Positions 1-9,915 of a stretch of 64,000 nucleotides of DNA are shown one piece after another; the first letter of the stretch is position 1; every line of letters begins with the position of its first letter. A model generated the notes under the pieces. It worked only from the letters and a program-made list of their open reading frames with translations. It was not told the origin of the DNA and did no database searches. The stretch covers positions 1-64,000 of the forward strand of contig JBHGNT010000064.1 in the NCBI GenBank assembly GCA_043228905.1. Direction: 5' to 3'. The stretch comes from Azolla caroliniana (taxonomy: Eukaryota > Plantae > Polypodiophyta). The position numbers and the translations under genes were made by a program.

Positions 1-752
1 ATCGAGTTCATGTATACAATACAAATATTTATACACGAACTCGATACGGCGTATCGAGTTCGTGTTTAAAACCTACACTTTAAACCGGAACTCGATACGC
101 CGTATCGAGTTCATGGTTAAAGTGTAGGACTTAAACACGAACTCGATACGCCGTATCGAGTTCGTGTATGAATATTTGTATTGTATACATGAACTCGATA
201 CGCCGTATCGAGTTCATGTTTAAAGTGTAGGTTTTAAACACGAACTCGATACGGCGTATCGAGATCGTGTTTAAAACCTACACTTTAAACACGAACTCGA
301 TACGGCGTATCGAGTTCGTGTTTATAGTATAGGTTTTAAACACGAACTCGATACGGCGTATCGAGTTCGTGATTAAAGTTTGAATTTTAAACACGAACTC
401 GATACGCCGTATCGAGTTCGTGTTTAAAGTGTAGGTTTTAAACACGAACTCGATACGCCGTACACGAACTCGATACGGCGTATCGAGTTCGTGATTAAAG
501 TTTGAATTTTAAACACGAACTCGATACGCCGTATCGAGTTCCTGTATATAAGAAGGCTTTGAGAGAGAAAAATCGTTTATGGGGTGGAAATGATATCAAA
601 TTGTCTGGCAAAATCAGTCTTTTTTATGTTGACTTTACTTACTTTTAAACAAATACATGCTCTAATTATAGGTGTTTTATGACCTACTTTAGCTTAAAAT
701 ATGTATACAATACAAATATTTATACACGAACTCGATACGCCGTATCGAGTTC
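1..752. repeat. Array of about 12-13 palindromes CACGAACTCGATACG-S-CGTATCGAGTTCGTG with short AT-rich spacers
   Basis: 15-bp arms with a 1-nt centre, often extended by TTTAAA to 43 bp. Spacers are reused in both orientations. Confidence 0.95.
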
Positions 753-802
753 TTGAGAAACGAAACATATTTACAAAAATGTCCACAGTGTCAGAGGCCT
801 AC

Positions 803-837
803 CTGGAGTCCTCGCGCTCGATTCTCTTTGAAGACAT
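803..837 (-). CDS. Exon 1 (MSSKRIEREDS) of the ParB-methyltransferase gene in copy 1; the rest lies beyond the window start
   Basis: Reverse complement of 47680-47714, followed by the same GTAGGC donor; TATA box at 981-988 on the minus strand. Confidence 0.7.
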
Positions 838-980
838 GGTTGATCGTGTTGAAGTGGAGGCGGAGATCGCGCTTTCGTGCTTTGTGCTCTGAGTGCTTTG
901 TGTGCTCTGTGTGCTCTCTGCGTTCTGTGTGCTCTGTACGCTCTGTACGCTCTGGTGAGTGAAATATGATGAGGTCTTCC

Positions 981-988
981 TATTTATA
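981..988 (-). promoter_or_regulatory. TATA box (TATAAATA) of the methyltransferase gene, copy 1
   Basis: CCTATAAATAGG context, ~150 bp upstream of the exon-1 ATG, conserved in copy 3. Confidence 0.6.
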
Positions 989-1659
989 GGGATTGAACCC
1001 ATGGTTAAAGTAACCATAGTCACCTTAACCAATGTTGGTAACTTTGAGGATAGTTAGTTTGTAACCATAGTCACATTAACTATAGTAACTTATGATTGTA
1101 TTAATGATTACAAAGTCAAACTAACATATTGATCAATCTTTTATACTCATAACAACCTACAATCACTTCAAAGGTTATGAAGGAGACAATGATAGAGGTT
1201 CATGAATGTACCAATGATTGATTACTAAAAGCAACAATTTTTATGACTCTCAAATGTTATGTATTAAAGATGTGGGCATGAATTAACCAATGATTGATAA
1301 GTCTAATATTTAAAATGGAGAGCATTAAAGAACCAATGAGTGAGACGTTCTATATCAAAATGGGTGTCATTAATTAGCCAATGATTTTAACATTAATCCA
1401 ACATATTCAAGGCTTGTTAATGATTAGTTTTATATTTTACTTGATTTAACATCATTTAGATCTAGTTTATATAATGATTGATAATTTAAGTTAAATTACT
1501 TTATTAAAAATAATTTTTAGATGTATTGTATTAATAGAATATTACATAATATAGACATTCTATTGATTTGGCTTTTGTTTAGAGAGAAGTTTATGTTTAG
1601 GGAGGAGTATATGGTTAGAGAGGAGTATAACTTAGAGAGCCCTATCTAGACCTTAAGCC

Positions 1660-4440
1660 ATGAGTGAAGATTCACCGTTCTCGATTGAAGAATATTGTTT
1701 GTCATCAGACCCATCGTTTTCTACTGAAGAGTATTGTTTGTCAACAGAGTCACCATATTCGATTGAAGAATATTGTCTTTCGACCGACTCACCATATTCT
1801 ATCGAAGAATATTGTCTGAGCTCATCTACAGGGAATGTAAATAATGACACATGTGAAGAGTTCTCTATTGAAGAATACGATATTAATAAAGATACCGAGA
1901 ATGAAGGAAGTGCCCAGGAAACATTGAATAACATTGGCGATGGTCAGAACAGAGAATTAGACTGTAACAAGGTTACACCAACCTCTATGCAGGAAGAGAA
2001 ATCTGGGAGCCCTATGCATATTAGAAGAATCCCACGAAGAATTCGTCTGGCTAGATTTAGCTTGGTGACATCAGATAAACAGATTGGATTTGATGTCAAC
2101 AAAATATGTTGTGCCCGTGGTTGTATGTCTATGATTGGAAAATCAAAGTTGCGAGAATTAAGGCGATACTATTTTTCGATGACCGGTGATGAGCAAGACA
2201 CTTACCTCGGATCACATATGCAACTAGTATCTGACAAATGTACGGGGATCAAAGTATCATTCGAGTATTATATCTTCCATGCGCAACAGATATGTAGAGT
2301 TGCATTCAAAATTGCGTTATGTGTTAGTAACATGCGGCTACATAGAGTACAACAACGTCTACTTAGCGGGGATCAGATGCTCAATTGTAAAGAGGTTCCA
2401 AGTATGAAAGGTGCAATTGGAAGACTAGCTATTGGCTGGATGAAAACTTACTTTCAGTTAAATTGTGAAGTAATGCCCACTACAGGTAGGATGCATCTTT
2501 CTGATAATTATACCCGTCGGGAAGTTTATGATGTCTATCGATCTGAAATGCTGGGCTCACGTAATAAGTCTATCACCTATAGCCAATTCACAAGATTATG
2601 GAGAGCTCGGTTTTCAAATGTTATTATTCCTCGTAAAGTACGTATGGGGTATTGCTCCATTTGTGCAAATCTTAAAAGTTTGGCTAAAGGTGCAAAGACA
2701 TCAATGGAAAAGGATACGAGTAAGAAGTTACTACAAGAGCACCGTGAGGCACAATCCTTAGAACGAAGGAAGGCGATGCATCATAGAGAGAAGTGTTTGA
2801 AGAGGCCTGAACAATACATGTGCTTAATGATAGATGGCATGGACCAGAAGAAGACATGCTTGCCGCATATGCGGAGGCTCCCCAAAGATGTCAATGATGA
2901 GTGCCTTGTTCAAATGCACTTGGTGGGATGCTTGGCTTATAATAGGTCTGTTCGACCTCACGTCTTCATTACTTACCCCAATGTTCACAATGACCCTAAC
3001 CTAACAGTTACAGTGATTCACCGAGTTTTGATGTCTTGGGGACAACCTTTCCCCCCTGTTCTATACATTCAATTGGACAATACTGCTAGAGAGAACAAAA
3101 ATTCAACTGTATTTGGCTATCTAAGTATGTTGGTCAACCTAGAATTGTTTAGGAAAGTGAAAGTCAATTTCCTTTTGGTTGGCCACACACATGACCATAT
3201 AGATCAGATGTTTAGCACATTCTCCAGACAGTTGTCTCGGCATGATGCTTTCACTTTACCTAAACTATTTGATGTCATTTGTGATGCATATACACCACGC
3301 CCAAAAGTGTTACACTTGAAGGAGGTATATGACTTTAAGAGATATATATTAGATGGGGGTGGTGGGAATGTTAAAGTGCTTGCTCAGTTAAACAATATAA
3401 GTTTCAATCACATTTTTTTGATAAAGAAAAATGGAATAAGTGGTTCTACACTTTTGTATGCTAAACAATATTCATCTTCTACAACATGGGAACCTGAAGG
3501 TGGTTGCCAGTTATTACTTTGTATGCCGAGTACAATTGTCCATGGAGCTAAGCAAATGCCAATTGAGAAGAAAGGACAGTTGCAGAGCGACTTGGTATCA
3601 GAACAAAAACGGTCATGGCTCCAAGCCTTAGAAGAAAAAAGAAAGCATATTGAGGCCGCCAAGAAATATGCCGCACAACAAGACACGTCATGGTGGGATG
3701 TATTTTATAGTGATCAGAATGAAATTATAGACAATTGTGTATCTGTTGATAATTGGAATTTGGAAACGCCATTCACATGGTCGCTGCAACATGATCGCGT
3801 AAATAGAAGTCCGGAGCGACTAGTAAATGCGATTAATGACAGCTTGGTCCATCCACAACAAAGAGACATTTATGTGGGACCAAGGATGACCAAAGCAGCC
3901 GAAGCTAGATGGCAAGGAAATTTGCAAGACCTCACCGCGGGGATGTTGATTGCAACGCCGGCTGATGAGACCTCACATGGCCACCAATTTTGGGTTGGTA
4001 AAATTCTAGAAGTGCTAATGCATGAAATAGAAAACACGATCAAGTCTATAAATGTTCATTGGTACAACACTAGAAGTGCAAATGCTTTTACAGGTAAGTA
4101 TACATTGGAGATGATTGAATGCCAAACAAGAAGGGGAGGTAGGAAGAGGAAGCGAAACATTCGTAACACCTCGACCCTTGATATCTCTGATGTGGATATC
4201 ATCGTGTACGACTTCACACTTACAAAAGCCAGACGATTAAGGAAGTCAACAATAGATATAATAAAAGAAAAATTACCAGGTCTACAAGGTGGCTCGAGTC
4301 AAAGGCAAACGAGATCTGCTACATATAATCTAGAGTCAAACCATTTGGTTTATGACGAAGATAATGCACTGATTGGTACATCCGAGGATGATGAGGAGGA
4401 ATCGTCATTGTATATTAGTTATAGTAGTGATTCTCCGTAA
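1660..4440 (+). CDS. Intact DDD/E transposase, 926 aa, Sola1-like
   Basis: Motifs IDGMDQ ... QLDNTARENKN ... FLLVGHTHDHIDQMFS form a probable catalytic triad; Cys/His motifs CCARGC and CSIC; lies inside a TIR-bounded element with 4-bp TSDs. Superfamily call is by motif recognition only. Confidence 0.8.
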   Translation: MSEDSPFSIEEYCLSSDPSFSTEEYCLSTESPYSIEEYCLSTDSPYSIEEYCLSSSTGNVNNDTCEEFSIEEYDINKDTENEGSAQETLNNIGDGQNRELDCNKVTPTSMQEEKSGSPMHIRRIPRRIRLARFSLVTSDKQIGFDVNKICCARGCMSMIGKSKLRELRRYYFSMTGDEQDTYLGSHMQLVSDKCTGIKVSFEYYIFHAQQICRVAFKIALCVSNMRLHRVQQRLLSGDQMLNCKEVPSMKGAIGRLAIGWMKTYFQLNCEVMPTTGRMHLSDNYTRREVYDVYRSEMLGSRNKSITYSQFTRLWRARFSNVIIPRKVRMGYCSICANLKSLAKGAKTSMEKDTSKKLLQEHREAQSLERRKAMHHREKCLKRPEQYMCLMIDGMDQKKTCLPHMRRLPKDVNDECLVQMHLVGCLAYNRSVRPHVFITYPNVHNDPNLTVTVIHRVLMSWGQPFPPVLYIQLDNTARENKNSTVFGYLSMLVNLELFRKVKVNFLLVGHTHDHIDQMFSTFSRQLSRHDAFTLPKLFDVICDAYTPRPKVLHLKEVYDFKRYILDGGGGNVKVLAQLNNISFNHIFLIKKNGISGSTLLYAKQYSSSTTWEPEGGCQLLLCMPSTIVHGAKQMPIEKKGQLQSDLVSEQKRSWLQALEEKRKHIEAAKKYAAQQDTSWWDVFYSDQNEIIDNCVSVDNWNLETPFTWSLQHDRVNRSPERLVNAINDSLVHPQQRDIYVGPRMTKAAEARWQGNLQDLTAGMLIATPADETSHGHQFWVGKILEVLMHEIENTIKSINVHWYNTRSANAFTGKYTLEMIECQTRRGGRKRKRNIRNTSTLDISDVDIIVYDFTLTKARRLRKSTIDIIKEKLPGLQGGSSQRQTRSATYNLESNHLVYDEDNALIGTSEDDEEESSLYISYSSDSP

Positions 4441-4799
4441 AGGACTCTATCATGAATGTATATTTGGCTATTAAGTGTAACTACATTCCGCTTGTAACAA
4501 ATCGAGTAATATAAAATCATGTGTTTTGAATTCTTATGATTTCCCAAAAATCGTTTCTTATAAAATAACATTGGTTGTAAAGTTTGTGATATAAATTGAG
4601 AATGTACGTTTTTGAAATTCGTCTTTTTTTAGTTACTTCTAAATCACGAAAATAGTGGATTTTGAACCTTTTTCATAGTATGTTTGAACTTGTATGATAC
4701 TGGTATCAATGTGTTTTGTAAAATCATTGAAAAACCCCTAAAATTACCCTTATCCTTCCATTTATGCGCGATCCTTCCACTTGTGAACGCGAACGTGTT

Positions 4800-5355
4800 A
4801 GACCGCAAACTATCACTATGTCAGAATGTACAATAAGAAAGCACCGAGGCCACGACCTCGAGCTTGCTATATTCACCACAGGCAGCGGTTACAATCAGAG
4901 GCAACGACCTTTTCCTCTCTCTCACTCTCTCTGTACACAGTTGCACACTCTAATGTTGCGCCAACAAGAAATGACAACACCTGCTCTCTGTTTGCCCTAA
5001 GTCATATTTATACTAATATGAATTTTCGGCTATTTATAAATATAGCCCCGATGGACTCTCAGAAACATATTTACAAATATGTCCCTTCATCCGGTGAGCA
5101 CTTCTCACCGGGCCTTCATTATCCGGCTCTTGCTGGGTACTCCTCATCCGGTTCTCACCGGGTCCTCAGTAGCCGGGTTCAACACATCCGGTTCTCACTG
5201 GGTCTTCACCATCCGGCTCTTGCCGGGTACTCGTCATCCGGGTCTCACAGGGTCTTCCGTTGTCGGGTCTTCCACATCCGGTTTTGGCCTCGGCCGAGTT
5301 TGCTCATCAGTACAGTTCTTCTCACTTCCCATCTGGAGGGACCTGTTTCCTAACA
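4800..5355 (-). mobile_element. Copia-type LTR in reverse orientation, interrupted by transposon copy 1
   Basis: Reverse complement begins TGTTAGGAAACAG; similar to the LTRs at 55642-56285 and 10674-10960. Confidence 0.7.
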
Positions 5356-5745
5356 AGAGTGAAGGGGGAGTTTGTTAGGAAACAGAGCCCTCCGAATGGG
5401 AAGTGAGAAGAATCATGTTAGATATGTGTGTATAGTATTGTAAAGTTACTGTTGTCAAGGTCGTGGCCTCTGAAACAGTGAGAGTGAATGAGTGTGAGTG
5501 GAAGCGAGTGAGCTCCATAGCCGCTTGTCGGCGAAGCAGGATCTAGAGGTCGTTGTCTCTGAGATCTCTGATTGTATTCCTTTCTCTCATAGTGTTCTGA
5601 TTCGGAGTTTGTGGACTCCACGTGGTTTTTTCCCAGTTCAGGTTTCCACGTTAAAATCTGTGTCATTCTCAGTTTCTGTATTCTGTTTTTCCTTTCCATT
5701 AGATTGACTATTAATCTGCACACGTACAACCGGTTGTGGCCGACA
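5356..5745 (+). mobile_element. PPT plus 3' LTR remnant of a related Copia family
   Basis: GAAGGGGGAGTT polypurine tract, then TGTTAGGAAACAG at 5373 ... ending GCCGACA at 5745. Confidence 0.6.
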
Positions 5746-5757
5746 ATGATTTTAACT

Positions 5758-6330
5758 TCACGGTTCTCACTGGAGATTGGGACACAAACGTACGTGAGCG
5801 ACCATATATGGTCGTCATTGGGAACTAGAACACCAAAGGGCATGAGCGACCATGTGCGGTCCTCACTAGAGATTAGGACACCAACAAGCGTGAGTGACCA
5901 TGTGGTCCTCACCGGGGATTAGAACACGAACGAGAGTGGGCGGTCATGTGCGGCCCTCACTGGAGACACAAACACCAACAGGCGTGAGCAACCTTGTGCG
6001 GTCTTCACCGGGAACTGGAACACCAACAGATGTGAGTGACATTGTGCGGTCTTTGACTGGAGACACGAACACCAACGGACGTGAGCGACCTTGTGCGGTC
6101 TTTGACCGGAGACATGAACACCAATGGGCGTGAGCGACCTTGTGCGGTCCTCACCGGGGACACGAACACCAACGGGCGTGAGAGACCATGTGCGGTTCGC
6201 ACCGGGTATTGGGACATCAACGGGCATGAGTGACCATGTGCAGTCCTCATCGAGAACACGAACGAACCCACAAACATGAACGAATGGGCATGTCGGCGAC
6301 CTTGTGCGGTCCTCACCGGGAACTGGAACA
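5758..6330. repeat. ~49-bp GC-rich minisatellite, about 12 copies
   Basis: Repeating GTGAGCGACCWTGTGCGGTCCTCACCGGGRAC...ACACCAACGGGC. Confidence 0.85.
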
Positions 6331-6349
6331 CTTGACGTTGATGAAGGCT

Positions 6350-7200
6350 AGGCAAAGTAATGTTGATGACGACACTAAGAGGTGCTAACGATGATGATGT
6401 CGAAGATAAAGCAATGAAGACAATGATGTTGAGAAAACATATTTGGAAGCATTGACTATGAGTATGGCAATGATGGAAACAAAGAAATAGATGAAGAGGA
6501 TAAGAAACATAGATATCGAGATGTTGAGGATAAAAGGAAACACAAAGACAGGTATATAGAGGATGATAGAAAACATAGTGGTAGGGATGAAGATGATAAG
6601 AAACTCATAGATAGGGAAGATGATGATAAGAAACACATAGAAATAAAAATGGTAGGAAACAAAGGGAGAAGGATGACAATGACAAAAACGAAGAGATAGG
6701 GATGTGGAAGATGATAAGAAGCGCAAAGAGATCTGGGGGATGATGATGATAAGAAACATGGATATAGATATGTGGAGGATGAGAAGAAACTAAAAAACGG
6801 AAACGATGGTGAGGAGAAACTAAAAGACAATGACAATGATGAAAATAAACTAAGAGATAGATATGGCGAGAAGGATCTATAAAAAACGAAGAAATGTTGA
6901 TGACGGTAACTCTAGAAGCAAGAATGGTGACGATGGTAACTCTAAAAGCAAGGGCAATGACAAAGACGGGTGATGCTTCCAGTTGGAAGGGATTCAAACT
7001 GTCACGGACACACCAACCGCTAACTATGACGGAGCATAGATGACAATGCTATGATTGATAAGGTTAAGAATGTGGAATAGGAAGTGACAAGGCTAGGAAC
7101 TCTAAAAGTTGTGCAAGATGAGGCTATAAACTTAAGAAGCTATGGAGAGCGTGAAGACAAAGATGAAGATCAAGGATACAAGATGATGCGAAACATGAAT
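6350..7200. repeat. Purine-rich low-complexity tract (GATGA/AAGA)
   Basis: Strong strand bias; the ORFs here are compositional artefacts. Confidence 0.6.
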
Positions 7201-7225
7201 ACTGTATCGATGTGTCAATGACTGG

Positions 7226-9915
7226 TGTTGAATCCCTTGAAAGGGATCATAGAGGTTATAAGTTTTATACTCTGAGTCGAAGTACATGCATTAGAATATT
7301 CAAGAGAATATTCTTGATTCCTCTAGAACCTTCTCGTTCTAGAACTTTGTAAAAACTCCTAGAACTTCAAATAGATAATCTACTAATAACCTATTGAGAT
7401 GTATATAATATCAACATGTATTTGGATGTATTGGTTATGTTGAGATACAAGCTCCACATTGGGTGCGTAAACTAGGTGCGTAAACCGGGTGCGCAACGAG
7501 AGGCCGTAGCGCTGCGTAAACCGGGAGGCCGTTGTATAGATATTCCGTGGAGGAATATATTTTTGGGAGTTAGTGTAGGGGCTCATTGATGAGCATTGAA
7601 GTACGTGTCAATACTTCTATCAGTCTGTATGGACTGGTATAAAAGTGCTCTATGAGCACATCTTATGTACAGAGTTTTAGAGTATTGTTTTGGAATAGAG
7701 TTTTCTGTGTTCTGCTCTCTGTCTCTCCTGCGTACGTTGTGTTGATTAAGCTTTCCATTAAACCTTCCTCATCTTCCTTTTCTCTTTGTCTTCTGTCTGT
7801 TGTTACCCAGTTGTGTCTGTTAAGCTTTTGCACATATTCTTTTACATGGTGTCAGAGTACGAGGGTTGAGATCCTCTGCTGCCGACAAATAGACGAACCC
7901 TAATCACGGTGAAGAATAGAAGAAGTTAAGCATGGACAAAGGAATGGGTAGCTCGCTTCCAACAGAGAAGTGCAACAGAAGCAACTACGCATCTTGGTTG
8001 TACAAGATGCACGAGTACCTGCTCGGGCATGGCTACCGGAGTTATGTCGTTGCAGCTAATGTTGCAGCACCCGAATTGACACACAGGATTTTCCAGCCTG
8101 GGAACAGGCGGCAAGCAGAGTTCTCTACATCTTCGCATTCTGTGTGACCAATGAACTTTTGAGCTACATTTGGGATGCGAGGACACCGAAGGATGCTTGG
8201 GGAAATCTGAAAAAGATTTTTGGCGCGAGCACCATAGCTAGAAAACTCCAACTCAGGCAAGAGTTGAGCAATGTTCGACAACGAGATATGTCGGTGGCTG
8301 ATTACACCTCCAAGATCAAGAACATCTGCGACTCTCTTGCCTCCATCGATGTAAACGTTGAGGAGGACGAAATGGTGCAGGTCTGCATCGAAGTTTGGAG
8401 CTTTCCAAACTGCGGTCTGTACGAGGGAGAATACGCCGTCGTTTTTCAACTTACAGTCGATGCTCCTAGTAGAGGAGAACCACGCGGGTGCGTCAACAAG
8501 TATGCCCGCCGACAACAAGATGTTGTACATGGAGGAAGATAGGCCCCATGGTCGTGGTGGACGAGGTGAGTCAGTGCGCAATGGAGGCAACTGACGGGAG
8601 CAAGATGGAAGGCAGGCATGGTCGTAATGCCAATAGTAATTCTGGACCCTCCGGAAGTAGGGGGAGTCGAGGTGGCGCCGGAAACCAGCAAGGAAAGCCT
8701 ACCGTGGAATGATGGTACTGTGGCATAAAAAACCCTAGGGACATCGAGTGCTGGAAGAAACGTGCCGATTTGGAGAAAACTGCATCTGGATCCGGGTGGA
8801 CCGAACAAGAAAATCGACAACGATCACACTACGCGGAGGGCTCTGAACAAGCCGAAAATGGATCGGACCCAGCCTTTGTAATGAAGCACAAGGCCAATTC
8901 GAGGTATGATTTCTTGACTCCAGAGCGTCAAATCATATGTGAGTCACGAGGAATGGTTCTCGTACTTGGAGAAACTGGAAAAACAAGGAGTGGTCGAAAC
9001 TGGAGACGACACTCCGCATACCCATCGAACATGTCGGTGAAGTTCCTGTTACCCACATCGGGCAGAAAGGAAAATTCATGAACGTGCTACACATCCTGAC
9101 AATAATGAAGAACCTAGTGTTGGTCGGACAGATCGTCGACTAGGGAATGCAAGTTCGATTCACGCATCTCGGTTGCTACATCGAAGAAGAAGGGAAAGTC
9201 ATTGCGCAAGGGCACCGAGAAAGGAGGAAGTTCATCCTCAACATCAATGAAGTCGGAACCGCGTTGTTAGCGAAAGGACAGAAGGTCGAGTCGGACATCG
9301 ACCTATGGCACAAGTAGTTTGACCATGTTAATTTCCCGCGGCTTCGTGAAATGCAGACGAAAAACATTGTTTTCGGAACGACCAAGTCTACCAGCTCGTG
9401 AAGCAGCACCAACTTCCATTCCCCAACGAGTGTAATCGGAGTCGAAATCCAATCGATGTGATCCATTCGGATGTATTGGGACCGGTAGAGAATGTGATCA
9501 TCGAAGGAAGCCGTTACTTCGTAGCCTTCATGAATGACTTCACTCGGCACTCTTGGGCGTGCTTGATCGCGAAAAAAAGCGAAGTCTTTGCGTGTTTCTT
9601 GACGGTGAAGAGCCTTGTGGAAAGGGAAATTGGGCGAAAGATCAGGTGCCTAAGGTCTGATTGCGGGAAGGAGTACTTCTCAGACTAGTTCTCGAGTTAT
9701 CTATAGAAGGAGGGAACTGAACGCGAATTCTCGTGTAGATACACGACGCAGAAGAATGGCGTGGCCGAGAGGAATAATCAAACGATAGAGGAGGTGGCAA
9801 GGGCAATGCTTGAAGAGAAACATCTACCGAAGTTTTGTTGGGTTGAAGTTATCAGAACAACCGTCTACCTCCAGAATCGGGCATCTGCCAATGGAGGAGT
9901 GTCACCACATGAGTT
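7226..9915 (+). mobile_element. Degenerate Ty1/Copia element: 5' LTR (to ~7846), PBS, gag-protease-integrase remnants; truncated
   Basis: TGGTGTCAGAG PBS-like site at 7847; gag (NYASW, LRQELSN) and integrase (IHSDV, LRSD, AERNNQTI) fragments with many stops. LTR start is approximate. Confidence 0.75.

Larger units (their letters stand above)
1..4799 (+). mobile_element. DNA transposon copy 1 (Sola1-like, methyltransferase-carrying family); other end lies outside the window
   Basis: Ends in ...TCCTTCCACTTGTGAACGCGAACGTGTT at 4799, the same TIR as at 34244 and 38143. Contains an intact transposase, the shared intergenic region and methyltransferase exon 1. Inserted into a Copia LTR. Confidence 0.9.

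Noticed and set aside
1-752. CRISPR array
   Set aside because: Repeat and spacer sizes look CRISPR-like, but the spacers are a few reused sequences in both orientations, there are no cas genes, and the context is a eukaryotic intron.
701-892. Small ORF upstream of the transposase
   Set aside because: Better explained as the antisense of methyltransferase exon 1 and its leader.
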